A stretch of DNA of 32,000 nt from Candidatus Woesearchaeota archaeon (lineage in GTDB: Archaea; Nanobdellota; Nanobdellia; SCGC-AAA011-G17; GW2011-AR18): the NCBI GenBank assembly GCA_018302545.1, contig JAGVZM010000001.1, positions 169,544 to 201,543 of the forward strand, in the 5' to 3' direction. Shown here one piece after another: positions 9,345 through 17,506 of this stretch. The notes under the pieces are model-generated. The model searched no databases. It was not told where the DNA came from and saw nothing but the letters and a program-made list of their open reading frames with translations. A program made the position numbers and the translations under genes. How positions within the stretch are numbered: the stretch's first letter is position 1; every line of letters starts with the position of its first letter.

Positions 9345-10231
9345 TGATAGAAGCCTATTTTATACATTTATTAATCTTAATTGGAATTTACATTATTTTA
9401 GCTGCATCTCTAAACCTAGCAATGGGAAATACAGGCTTACTAAACGTAGGTCATGTTGCATTCTATGCAATAGGAGCTTACACCTCTGCATTGCTAGCTT
9501 TAAATTTAAATATTCCATTTTGGATTGGATTTTTAGCTGGAGGAATTTTAGCAGCATTATTTGCATTATTAATTGCAATACCAACCTTAAAATTAAGAGG
9601 AGACTATTTAGCAATAGCAACTCTAGGATTAGCTGTTGTAGTTGAAAGCATTCTAAGAAATTGGACTTCATTAACAAGAGGACCACTAGGACTTCCAGGA
9701 ATTCCAAAACCAGCATTATTTGGAATGACTTTCAATAATAATTCATACTTAATACTAGTAATCATATTCTCTGTAATAACCTGTTTAATAATTTATTATA
9801 TAACTAAAAGCCCATTTGGAAGAGTTTTAAAAGCAATCAGAGAAGATGAATTAGCAGCAGCTTCCTTAGGAAAAAATACAACAAAATATAAAACACAAGC
9901 CTTAGTAATCTCTGCTTTTTTTGCTGGAATAGCAGGATCATTATATGCTCATTACATTAATTTCATAGATCCAACAACATTTAGTGTATTAGAATCAATC
10001 TTAATAATCTCAATGATTATAGTTGGAGGTTTAGCATCTGTAAAAGGAGCAGTAATTGGTGCAGTAATATTAACATTATTACCAGAACCATTAAGGTTTT
10101 TACCAATTCCAAGTTTTGCAATAGGAGCCTTAAGACAAATATTATACGCATTATTATTAGTTATAATTTTAATAAAAAGACCACAAGGAATATGGGGAGA
10201 ATTTACTAAACAAAAAGAAAATGGTGCTTAA
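9344..10231 (+). CDS. livM: Branched-chain amino-acid ABC transporter permease
   Basis: LivM-type segments GHVAFYAIGAYT and FGRVLKAIREDELAAASLG. The start overlaps the livH stop. Confidence 0.9.
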   Translation: MIEAYFIHLLILIGIYIILAASLNLAMGNTGLLNVGHVAFYAIGAYTSALLALNLNIPFWIGFLAGGILAALFALLIAIPTLKLRGDYLAIATLGLAVVVESILRNWTSLTRGPLGLPGIPKPALFGMTFNNNSYLILVIIFSVITCLIIYYITKSPFGRVLKAIREDELAAASLGKNTTKYKTQALVISAFFAGIAGSLYAHYINFIDPTTFSVLESILIISMIIVGGLASVKGAVIGAVILTLLPEPLRFLPIPSFAIGALRQILYALLLVIILIKRPQGIWGEFTKQKENGA

Positions 10232-10979
10232 AGTAACAAATTTAGAAAAAGACTTCGGAGGAATAAAAGCTGTAAATAATTGCAATTTTGAAATTAAAGA
10301 AAATAAAATTACAACTTTAATAGGCCCAAATGGAGCAGGAAAAACAACAGTTTTTAATTTAATAACAGGTTTAATAAAACCAGATAAAGGCCATATACAT
10401 TTTAGAGGAAATCATCTAGTTGGATTAAAACCATATAAGATAGCAAGATTAGGATTAACCAGAACATTTCAACTAATAAGATTATTTCCAAAATTAACAG
10501 CTATGGAAAATATGCTTCTAGTAAGATCAAATGAACTAGAAAGATTCAAAGATCTAATATTCAATCCAAAAAAAATAAGGCATGAAGAAAATTTAAATAA
10601 ACAAAGGTGTATGGAATTCCTAGAATTGGTTGGTATTCCTGAAAAACATAATTTTTTAGCTGAAAACCTAAGCTTTGGACAGCAAAAGCTATTGGAAATT
10701 GCTAGAGCATTAGCAACAGAATCACCTTTAATACTTTTAGACGAACCTGTAGGAGGAGTAAATCCTAAATTAAGAGACAAAATTAGAAATATCCTAATAA
10801 AAATAAAAGAACAAGGAAGAACTCTATTAATAATAGAACATGATATGAATTTTGTAATGAAAATAAGTGATAAAGTTATAGTTTTAGATGAAGGGACTGT
10901 AATAGCAGAAGGACCCCCTAAGAAGATACAAAATAATAAAAAAGTTTTAGATGCATATCTAGGTGGAAATAAAAAATGA
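10221..10979 (+). CDS. livG: Branched-chain amino-acid ABC transporter ATP-binding protein
   Basis: Walker A GPNGAGKTT, signature LSFGQQKLLEIARAL, Walker B LILLDEP. Confidence 0.9.
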   Translation: MVLKVTNLEKDFGGIKAVNNCNFEIKENKITTLIGPNGAGKTTVFNLITGLIKPDKGHIHFRGNHLVGLKPYKIARLGLTRTFQLIRLFPKLTAMENMLLVRSNELERFKDLIFNPKKIRHEENLNKQRCMEFLELVGIPEKHNFLAENLSFGQQKLLEIARALATESPLILLDEPVGGVNPKLRDKIRNILIKIKEQGRTLLIIEHDMNFVMKISDKVIVLDEGTVIAEGPPKKIQNNKKVLDAYLGGNKK

Positions 10980-11695
10980 AGAAAAAATTACTAGAAATAA
11001 AAGATCTAGAAGCAGGTTATGGAAAACTACAAGTACTAAAAGGAGTTAATATGCATGTTAACGAAGGAGAGATCGTAGCAATTATAGGCCCAAATGGAGC
11101 AGGCAAATCTACAGTTTTAAAGTCAATAATGTCTATGGTAGGAAAAGGTAGAGGTTCTATAAACTTCAACAATAAAAACATAAAAAAATTAGAAACCCAT
11201 GAAATAGTAAAAGCAGGAATAAGTATGGTACCACAAGGAAGGATAGTTTTTCAAAGTTTAACTGTTGAAGAAAACTTAGAAATGGGAGGCTACCTAATTA
11301 AAGAAAATAATTTAATAAAACAAAGAATAAAAGAAATGTATGATTTTATCCCAATTTTAAGATCAAAAAGAAAACAAAGAGCCTCTTTTTTAAGTGGAGG
11401 TCAGCAACAAATGGTTAGTGTAGCTCGTTCATTAATATTAAGGCCAAAAATCCTTTTAATGGATGAACCTTCTTTAGGATTAGCACCAAAGACAATACAA
11501 GAAGTCTTTGAAAAAATAAGAGAAATAAGAGATAAATTAGGAATAACTATTTTAATGGTAGAACAAAATGCTCATAAAGCCCTAGAGATATGTGATAGGT
11601 GTTATGTTTTAGAATCAGGAAACGTAGCCTTAGAAGGCACATCTAAATTAACAAAAGACCCAAGAGTTAAGAAACTATATCTTGGGGGATACTAA
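10976..11695 (+). CDS. livF: Branched-chain amino-acid ABC transporter ATP-binding protein
   Basis: Walker A GPNGAGKST, signature LSGGQQQMVSVARSL, Walker B LLMDEPS. ATGA overlap with livG. Confidence 0.9.
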   Translation: MKKKLLEIKDLEAGYGKLQVLKGVNMHVNEGEIVAIIGPNGAGKSTVLKSIMSMVGKGRGSINFNNKNIKKLETHEIVKAGISMVPQGRIVFQSLTVEENLEMGGYLIKENNLIKQRIKEMYDFIPILRSKRKQRASFLSGGQQQMVSVARSLILRPKILLMDEPSLGLAPKTIQEVFEKIREIRDKLGITILMVEQNAHKALEICDRCYVLESGNVALEGTSKLTKDPRVKKLYLGGY

Positions 11696-11730
11696 ATATT
11701 ATATACCAAGAGAATTATAAAATTAAATTA

Positions 11731-12288
11731 ATGAGAAAAGGAAAAATTTTCTTTTTTATTGGTCCCTCCGGTGCAGGAAAAACAGTAATTTCTGAGTACA
11801 TTTTAAAAAATAGAAAAAATACAGTTCCAGCAATTTCTTCAACAACAAGAGAGAAAAGACCAAACGAAATTAATGGTAAAGACATGAATTTTTTAACAAA
11901 AGAAGAATTTAAAGAGGCAATAAAATTAAACAAAATGGTCGAATACGCTGAAGTATTTGGAAATTATTATGGAACATCTATAGACTCATTCAATCCAATA
12001 AAAAAAGGAAAAGATGTAATAAAAATTATAGAAATCCAAGGTGCAAAAACAATTAAAAAAAAGGAAATAAAAGCAACCTATTTTTTTCTATGTCCAATTA
12101 ATTTAGAAACATTAAAGGAAAGGCTAGAAAAAAGGAAAGATAAGGATATAGAATTAAGGATGTCACAAGTTCAAGAATTCTTAAATTTCAAAAAAGAAGT
12201 AGATTATATCATAAATACAGATGGAAAAACTGAAAAAGATATAGAAAGATGTGCCTTAGAAATAATGAAAATAATGGACAATATTTAA
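11731..12288 (+). CDS. gmk: Guanylate kinase
   Basis: P-loop GPSGAGKT and GMP-binding block SSTTREKRPNEINGKDMNFLTKEEF. 185 aa. Confidence 0.85.
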   Translation: MRKGKIFFFIGPSGAGKTVISEYILKNRKNTVPAISSTTREKRPNEINGKDMNFLTKEEFKEAIKLNKMVEYAEVFGNYYGTSIDSFNPIKKGKDVIKIIEIQGAKTIKKKEIKATYFFLCPINLETLKERLEKRKDKDIELRMSQVQEFLNFKKEVDYIINTDGKTEKDIERCALEIMKIMDNI

Positions 12289-12396
12289 GTGAAGTTCACA
12301 ACCACAGCAAGCTGGGGGTATTGATTTTAATATAAAATACTAAAAATAGATTATTAATCACTTAAAAGTAGATACAAAACGAAAGATTTATATATT

Positions 12397-13356
12397 ATGT
12401 CACCTAATCTTAAGATTATGAAAAATTCAGGTTTATCTAAAATATTAACAGGAGCAGCCTTAGGAACAGGTTTAATTCTAGCTCCAAATTTAGCAGATGC
12501 TCAAATTATCCCAGTAGTTCCTCAACCAGCTCCAATTCCAAAACCACCTTCAGTTCCACAGCCGCCAATAATAACAAAGAAAAAGCCAGTTTTAAATAGA
12601 AATCCAGCAAGTTTTGAAATTTCTCCAGGTTTTTCATTTGAAAGCAGAACATCTGAAAGAGGAGACTTGGAAGTAGATACACAAACATTTGGATTTCCAT
12701 TCAGATTAGCCTATAGATTAACAGACGATGTTAATGCAGGTGTTTTTGGTTCTGTTAATAGAATAAATAGAACAACAAGAGATGAAATAGGTTATAGATT
12801 AGATGAAGGGGCTACTTCTTTTTCTGCAGGACCTTATTTCAACTTTGGATTAGATCCATTAGATTTTGATTTATATGTATTAGTAACAAGTATAGATCCT
12901 CAAGTATTCGAAAGAGAATTAAGAAGGTCTTTAGCAGTAACATCTGCTTTAGATTTAAGAGTAGATCTAGGTTTTGATATTGAATTAATAGGAAGAGTAG
13001 CAGGTAAATTTGGAGAATTCAGACCAGTTTCAAGATATAACGTAGCAGTAGCAAAATATTTAGGTCCTGTAAGATTAGAAGCAGGAGTAGAACACACAAT
13101 TGACAATATTTATTATAACAAAATGACAGCAGGTTTAGCAAAAGTAAGTTATGAACATGAAGGAACAGGGATAAGATTAGGTTTAACAGGAATAGCAGGA
13201 CAAAGATTTTCAGGAAGAGGAGAATTATATATTCCATTAAGAAGTCAACATGATATGGCTTTAAGCTTAACAGCTGAAGGTGAAAAACAAACAGGAAATA
13301 CAGAAGTTGATTCAGGAAGAGTAATGGCCTACCTTAACCTATTCGGCAGAAAGTAA
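12397..13356 (+). CDS. Secreted protein: signal peptide, proline-rich linker, beta-strand-rich C-terminal domain
   Basis: Signal-like N-terminus ...LTGAALGTGLILAPNLADAQ (the start may be the ATG at 12418). It is followed by PVVPQPAPIPKPPSVPQPP, then about 240 aa of alternating hydrophobic/polar strands such as LAVTSALDLRVDLGFDIELIG and GIRLGLTGIAGQRF. Confidence 0.6.
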   Translation: MSPNLKIMKNSGLSKILTGAALGTGLILAPNLADAQIIPVVPQPAPIPKPPSVPQPPIITKKKPVLNRNPASFEISPGFSFESRTSERGDLEVDTQTFGFPFRLAYRLTDDVNAGVFGSVNRINRTTRDEIGYRLDEGATSFSAGPYFNFGLDPLDFDLYVLVTSIDPQVFERELRRSLAVTSALDLRVDLGFDIELIGRVAGKFGEFRPVSRYNVAVAKYLGPVRLEAGVEHTIDNIYYNKMTAGLAKVSYEHEGTGIRLGLTGIAGQRFSGRGELYIPLRSQHDMALSLTAEGEKQTGNTEVDSGRVMAYLNLFGRK

Positions 13357-13390
13357 AATTTAATAAACACTAAAAATTCTATAAATTTTA

Positions 13391-13675
13391 ATGGATATAA
13401 ACAAAGAATTAATCCTAAAGGTAGCTAAAAATGCAAGATTAGAATTGACAGATCAAGAAATAAAAGAGTTCTTGCCACAACTAAAAGAAGTCTTAAATTC
13501 ATTCTCAGAGTTAAGTAAAATAAATACAGATAAAATAAATCCAAGTTTTCAACCAATAGATATTAAAAACAAATTAAGAGAGGATCAAGAAGAACCTTCT
13601 ATAGACAATAAAGAATTACTAAAAAACACTAAGCATAAAAAAGATAATTATTTCCTAGGACCAAAAGCAATATGA
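13391..13675 (+). CDS. gatC: Asp/Glu-tRNA amidotransferase subunit C
   Basis: 94 aa. VAKNARLELTDQEIKEFLPQLKEVLNSFSEL is a typical GatC segment. It sits upstream of gatA. Confidence 0.85.
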   Translation: MDINKELILKVAKNARLELTDQEIKEFLPQLKEVLNSFSELSKINTDKINPSFQPIDIKNKLREDQEEPSIDNKELLKNTKHKKDNYFLGPKAI

Positions 13676-14088
13676 AAGCACTATCTATGAAACAACCAGT
13701 TCCAGAACTAATTTTACAAGGTAAAAAAACCATAGAATTAAGAACTTGGAAATCTAACTTTAGAGGAGAATTCTATTTACATGCATCTAAAAATGTAATA
13801 CCAAGATTAATGGATGTATTCAAATTTAAAATTGAAGATCTGTCACAAGGAGCAATAGTTGGAAAAGCAACGATTAAAGATATGAAGATATATACAGAAG
13901 AAAAACAATTTCAAAAAGACGCAGACAAACATTTAGTTCCTGGAAAAATGTACAAAAACCCAACCTATGGTTATATATTAGAAGAACCAGTTAGATTAGA
14001 AAAACCCATTCCTTACAAAGGGCAATTAAGCTTTTTTGATGTAAATTTAACACCAACAAAACAATTAAAACTAGGAGAATTTAAATGA
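13672..14088 (+). CDS. ASCH (PUA-like) domain protein
   Basis: MKALSMKQPVPELILQGKKTIELRTW matches the ASCH N-terminal strand pattern. ATGA overlaps occur at both ends, with gatC and gatA. Confidence 0.65.
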   Translation: MKALSMKQPVPELILQGKKTIELRTWKSNFRGEFYLHASKNVIPRLMDVFKFKIEDLSQGAIVGKATIKDMKIYTEEKQFQKDADKHLVPGKMYKNPTYGYILEEPVRLEKPIPYKGQLSFFDVNLTPTKQLKLGEFK

Positions 14089-15491
14089 AGATTCAGGAAT
14101 TCATAAAAAAAGTCCAAGATAAAGAAATAGACGTAGTAGAACATACCCACAAAGTCTTAGAAGAATGTAAAAAAATAAACAAAGAATACCATTATCTAAA
14201 TACAATTTCAGAAGAGTTAGCAATAGAACAAGCAAAAAACGTAAAGAAAAATCCAAAAGGAAAATTAGCAGGTCTTCCAATATCAGTAAAGGATTCTATA
14301 TGTGTTAAAGATATAGAAAGTACAGCAGGTTCTAAAATATTAAAAGGTTATATTCCATTAAAACACGCAACAGCAGTAAAAAAAGCAATAAATGAAGGAG
14401 CAATAGTCATAGGAAAAACAGCTCAAGATGAATTTGGTTTCGGTGGTTTCTCAACTAATGTTGGTTTAAATTTTAAAATTCCTTTAAATCCATTTGATAA
14501 AGGAAGAGCTACTGGAGGTTCTTCAGGAGGCGCAGGAGGTTTAACCCAAAAAGCTAGTTTCCCACACATTGCATTGGGAGAATGTACTGGAGGAAGCATA
14601 GAAAGTCCTGCTAGTTTCTGCGGAGTTTTTGGATTAGTTCCAACTTATGGAAGAGTTTCTAGATATGGCCTAATAGATTATGGAAATTCTCTAGATAAAG
14701 TGGGTCCATTAAGTAAAGAAGCTTATGGTACTGCTTTAATGCTAGAGACAATATCAGGTCATGATCCTAAAGATTCAACATCCCTAAAAGAGGAAGTAGG
14801 AAGTTATACAAATTACTTAACTAAAAAAGTGAAAGGTTTGAAGATAGGAGTAATAAAAGAAGCTTTTAGTGAAGGCACAGACAAATCAGTAAGTAATGTT
14901 GTATGGAGAAGTATTAAAAAACTAGAAGATAATGGATGTATTTACAAAGAAATAACTTTACCGATAACTATGAAATATAGTATCCCTACTTATTATCTAT
15001 TAGCCACAGCAGAAGCTTCAACAAATTTAGCAAAGTATTGTGGAATAAGATATGGTGCACATGAAAAACTAGAAGGCAATTTTGATGAGTATTTCACTAA
15101 AGTAAGAAGTAATAACTTCGGAAAGGAAGCAAAGAGAAGAATAATAATTGGAACATTTTCAAGAATGTCTGGGTTCAGAGATGCTTACTATATCAAAGCT
15201 GCTAAAGTCAGAACTCTGATAATTGAAGAATACAAAAAAGCATTGAAAAATTTTGATGTATTGATAACTCCCACAATGCCAATATTACCTCCTAAATTCG
15301 AAGAATTAAAAAAATTAACACCATTGCAAGATTATATGATGGACATCATGACTGCTGCCCCAAATCTAGCAGGTTTACCCCATTTAAGTATTCCAGTTGG
15401 TTTTGAAAAAAATCTACCAATAGGTATGATGGCAATCTCAGATCATTTACAAGAAGGAAAATTAATCCAAATAGCCAAAGAGTTCTCTTAA
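14085..15491 (+). CDS. gatA: Asp/Glu-tRNA amidotransferase subunit A
   Basis: Amidase signature GGSSGGAGG. KDSICVKDIESTAGSKIL contains the catalytic Lys region. 468 aa. Confidence 0.9.
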   Translation: MKIQEFIKKVQDKEIDVVEHTHKVLEECKKINKEYHYLNTISEELAIEQAKNVKKNPKGKLAGLPISVKDSICVKDIESTAGSKILKGYIPLKHATAVKKAINEGAIVIGKTAQDEFGFGGFSTNVGLNFKIPLNPFDKGRATGGSSGGAGGLTQKASFPHIALGECTGGSIESPASFCGVFGLVPTYGRVSRYGLIDYGNSLDKVGPLSKEAYGTALMLETISGHDPKDSTSLKEEVGSYTNYLTKKVKGLKIGVIKEAFSEGTDKSVSNVVWRSIKKLEDNGCIYKEITLPITMKYSIPTYYLLATAEASTNLAKYCGIRYGAHEKLEGNFDEYFTKVRSNNFGKEAKRRIIIGTFSRMSGFRDAYYIKAAKVRTLIIEEYKKALKNFDVLITPTMPILPPKFEELKKLTPLQDYMMDIMTAAPNLAGLPHLSIPVGFEKNLPIGMMAISDHLQEGKLIQIAKEFS

Positions 15492-15550
15492 AAAATAAGC
15501 AGTTTATTAAAATAAAAAAGAAAAATAGAATTTGAAAGATTTATTATAAT

Positions 15551-15718
15551 TTATTCTTCCTCATCACTACTCTTATCTTCGTCTTCGTCGTCATCATCGT
15601 CATCCATGTCATCGTCATCCATGTCATCGTCTTCTTCCACTTCTACGTCTTCATCATCAGAAGCAACTAATAAAAGTTCCTCATCAAATGTATTTGTTTT
15701 TATCATTGTTTCACTCAT
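15551..15718 (-). CDS. Hyper-acidic mini-protein 1 (55 aa), not in the supplied ORF track
   Basis: My translation is MSETMIKTNTFDEELLLVASDDEDVEVEEDDDMDDDDMDDDDDDEDEDKSSDEEE. ATG at 15718, and GGGGGTGG (15727-15734, minus strand) 8 nt upstream. 32 of 55 residues are D/E. Confidence 0.55.
   Translation of the reverse strand: MSETMIKTNTFDEELLLVASDDEDVEVEEDDDMDDDDMDDDDDDEDEDKSSDEEE
15601..15630. repeat. Perfect 15-bp tandem duplication (2 copies) inside acidic mini-protein 1
   Basis: catccatgtcatcgt occurs at 15601-15615 and again at 15616-15630. It is in frame and encodes a duplicated D/M pentapeptide. Confidence 0.9.
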
Positions 15719-15804
15719 TTTATAATCCACCCCCTGGGTTTAATAAAAAAACCAAAAAACACCTGTTTAAATAATTTACTATATTAAAAACTACCCTTTG
15801 GTAA

Positions 15805-16020
15805 CTAATATTCATTGTCTAAATCCACTCCTTCAGAGTCTCCATCAAAATCAGCATCATCAGCATCATCAGCATCTAAATCAAATTCATCAGAATCAAA
15901 ATCACTTTCCTCAAAATCTTCCTCATCTTCAGGAAGTTTAGCCTTATTCTTTTTTTTAATAGCAAACTCAATTTTAAAAAAGTCTTGCAATTCTAATAAT
16001 TCCACCCACACAATATTCAT
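15805..16020 (-). CDS. Hyper-acidic mini-protein 2 (71 aa)
   Basis: ATG at 16020 with GGGGGTTGG 5 nt upstream; the tracked start at 16029 is TTG. Sequence MNIVWVELLELQDFFKIEFAIKKKNKAKLPEDEEDFEESDFDSDEFDLDADDADDADFDGDSEGVDLDNEY. Confidence 0.6.
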   Translation of the reverse strand: MNIVWVELLELQDFFKIEFAIKKKNKAKLPEDEEDFEESDFDSDEFDLDADDADDADFDGDSEGVDLDNEY

Positions 16021-16100
16021 AGTTACCAACCCCCTAACTAGCCCAATGCTAGTAAAGGGGACTTATAAATTTTTTGGTAATATAAAATAAATAAATAAAA

Positions 16101-16268
16101 CTAGTATTCTTCACTAGAATCTACACCCGATTCATCATTCTCAAAGTCGTCATCTAATTCATCGTCATCTAAATCCAATTCATCCCTATCAAAAAAATCT
16201 CCTTCTAATTCCTCATCATCGTCAGGCAGATCATTAATAGTTAATTGCTTATCCTCTGAAAATTCCAT
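16101..16268 (-). CDS. Hyper-acidic mini-protein 3 (55 aa), paralogue of mini-protein 2
   Basis: ATG at 16268 with AGGAGGTG 4 nt upstream; the tracked start at 16289 is TTG. Sequence MEFSEDKQLTINDLPDDDEELEGDFFDRDELDLDDDELDDDFENDESGVDSSEEY. It shares the LP(D/E)D(D/E)E block and the ...GVD...EY C-terminus with protein 2. Confidence 0.6.
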   Translation of the reverse strand: MEFSEDKQLTINDLPDDDEELEGDFFDRDELDLDDDELDDDFENDESGVDSSEEY

Positions 16269-16324
16269 AACACACCTCCTGAATTTCAAAAATTATCAAA
16301 TAAGAAATTTATATAGTTTTCTAA

Positions 16325-17350
16325 TTAAATAAAAGATTTAGCTTTCCCAGTATTAACAATTAAAATTTTCTTATCTTTAGGTATGATTTTTCTAATTTGT
16401 AACATTAAAGCCAATCCTGCAATACCTGAAGGTTCACAAACAATATTATTATTATCAGCAATTTCCATAGCTTTATCTAAATATTTTTCTTTAATTAGAT
16501 AAACATCAGATTTGGAGCCACAAAATCCAGAACACCTATATAGCCTTATCCACTGTTCATCAAAATGTACAAAAGGTAAATGTGGAGAATATAACTTATC
16601 TGCTTTAGTTCTTGGATTATTAGAAGTAGCACCCATAAAATTACAATTTCTCAAAGTTTTAATATTTCCTTTAAATCTTGGATCATGGTTGATAGATTGA
16701 ATTTCTCTTTTAGCAACATTCAAAACATTTTCATATAGGTTACCTGTTCCAAAAGGAATAAAGCAATAATCTGGAGAGGTATTTATTATTTCATAACTTA
16801 ACCAATCGTAAAATCTAGTAGTGGGATCTAAAGCCTCAGCAGAAGTTATATCAAATCCCTTTTTGTTTTTAGTTAGAAATAAGATATCCTTAGAATTCAA
16901 TTGTTTTCTAGCCAACAAAGTTTGGTAAACTTTACATCCAACATCTTTCAGCTTTTTCAAAACTTCAGAACCTGTATGAAGATCAATCAATACTCTAAGG
17001 TTAGGCAAGTTATATTTTTTTAGTATTAATTGTATTGCAACAGCAGCATTTCCTGAAGAAATAATTGACATTGCAGGTAAAGTACCATTAACTTGTCCAT
17101 ATTTTTTAGCTAATAAGAAATTACGATAAGTGACAACGATCTCCCAAGCCATTCTATCTTTATGAGTTCCTGTTGGATTATGACTTTCATCTTTCAGCCA
17201 AACATTTGAAAATCCTGGAACTTTTATTTTATAGGTTGGAGTAGCAGGAAATTTAGGATCATTAGGTGGAAATTCTGGATTATTAGGATCGTTTTCAGAA
17301 GCAACATGAATAGATTTTAAAATCTGTTCTTCTTTTTTACTAAAAACCAT
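16325..17350 (-). CDS. Pyridoxal-phosphate-dependent enzyme, fold type II (Thr synthase / Cys synthase-like)
   Basis: PLP-lysine motif DESHNPTGTHKDR, SSGNAAVAIQ, and glycine loop IPFGTGNLYENV. 341 aa. Specific activity cannot be assigned. Confidence 0.7.
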   Translation of the reverse strand: MVFSKKEEQILKSIHVASENDPNNPEFPPNDPKFPATPTYKIKVPGFSNVWLKDESHNPTGTHKDRMAWEIVVTYRNFLLAKKYGQVNGTLPAMSIISSGNAAVAIQLILKKYNLPNLRVLIDLHTGSEVLKKLKDVGCKVYQTLLARKQLNSKDILFLTKNKKGFDITSAEALDPTTRFYDWLSYEIINTSPDYCFIPFGTGNLYENVLNVAKREIQSINHDPRFKGNIKTLRNCNFMGATSNNPRTKADKLYSPHLPFVHFDEQWIRLYRCSGFCGSKSDVYLIKEKYLDKAMEIADNNNIVCEPSGIAGLALMLQIRKIIPKDKKILIVNTGKAKSFI

Positions 17351-17393
17351 TTTATAGAAAATAAAAATATATATTTATTAAATTTGCTATAAA

Positions 17394-17465
17394 TGCGCGA
17401 GCCGGGATTCGAACCCGGGTCTTAGCGTTGGCAACGCCAAATACTAACCACTATACTACTTGCGC
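17394..17465 (-). tRNA. tRNA-Gly (anticodon GCC), 72 nt, no encoded CCA
   Basis: Hand-folded. Acceptor GCGCAAG/CTCGCGC, anticodon arm TGGCG-TTGCCAA-CGCTA, T arm CCGGG-TTCGAAT-CCCGG, 4-nt variable loop. There is one A5/C68 mismatch in the acceptor stem. Confidence 0.8.
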
Positions 17466-17506
17466 AAACTAAATTCTAGAACAAAACATTCATTTTTAAA
17501 GATTTC

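Noticed and set aside
12289-12330. Relatively GC-rich patch (gtgaagttcacaaccacagcaagctgggggtattg) after gmk, considered as a tRNA fragment/att site or a hairpin terminator
   Set aside because: The possible stem (CCACAGC/GCTGGGG) has a mismatch and only a 2-nt loop. I see no match to either tRNA in the window and no nearby integrase.
15815-16090. Plus-strand 91-aa serine-rich ORF (MSKSTPSESPSKSASSASS...) opposite acidic mini-protein 2
   Set aside because: It is the antisense reading of GAx/GAy-rich codons and runs across the intergenic ribosome-binding region. It has no good RBS. The equivalent plus-strand frames opposite mini-proteins 1 and 3 are not open from a start codon. The minus-strand ORFs have strong SD motifs and a conserved C-terminus.
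16101-16268. C-terminal ...EEY of acidic mini-protein 3 as a mimic of the tubulin/EB1 EEY tail recognised by CAP-Gly domains
   Set aside because: It is a three-residue resemblance in a highly acidic protein and is expected by chance. No CAP-Gly-like gene is visible in this window. I kept only the neutral observation that the terminal Tyr is conserved between paralogues.
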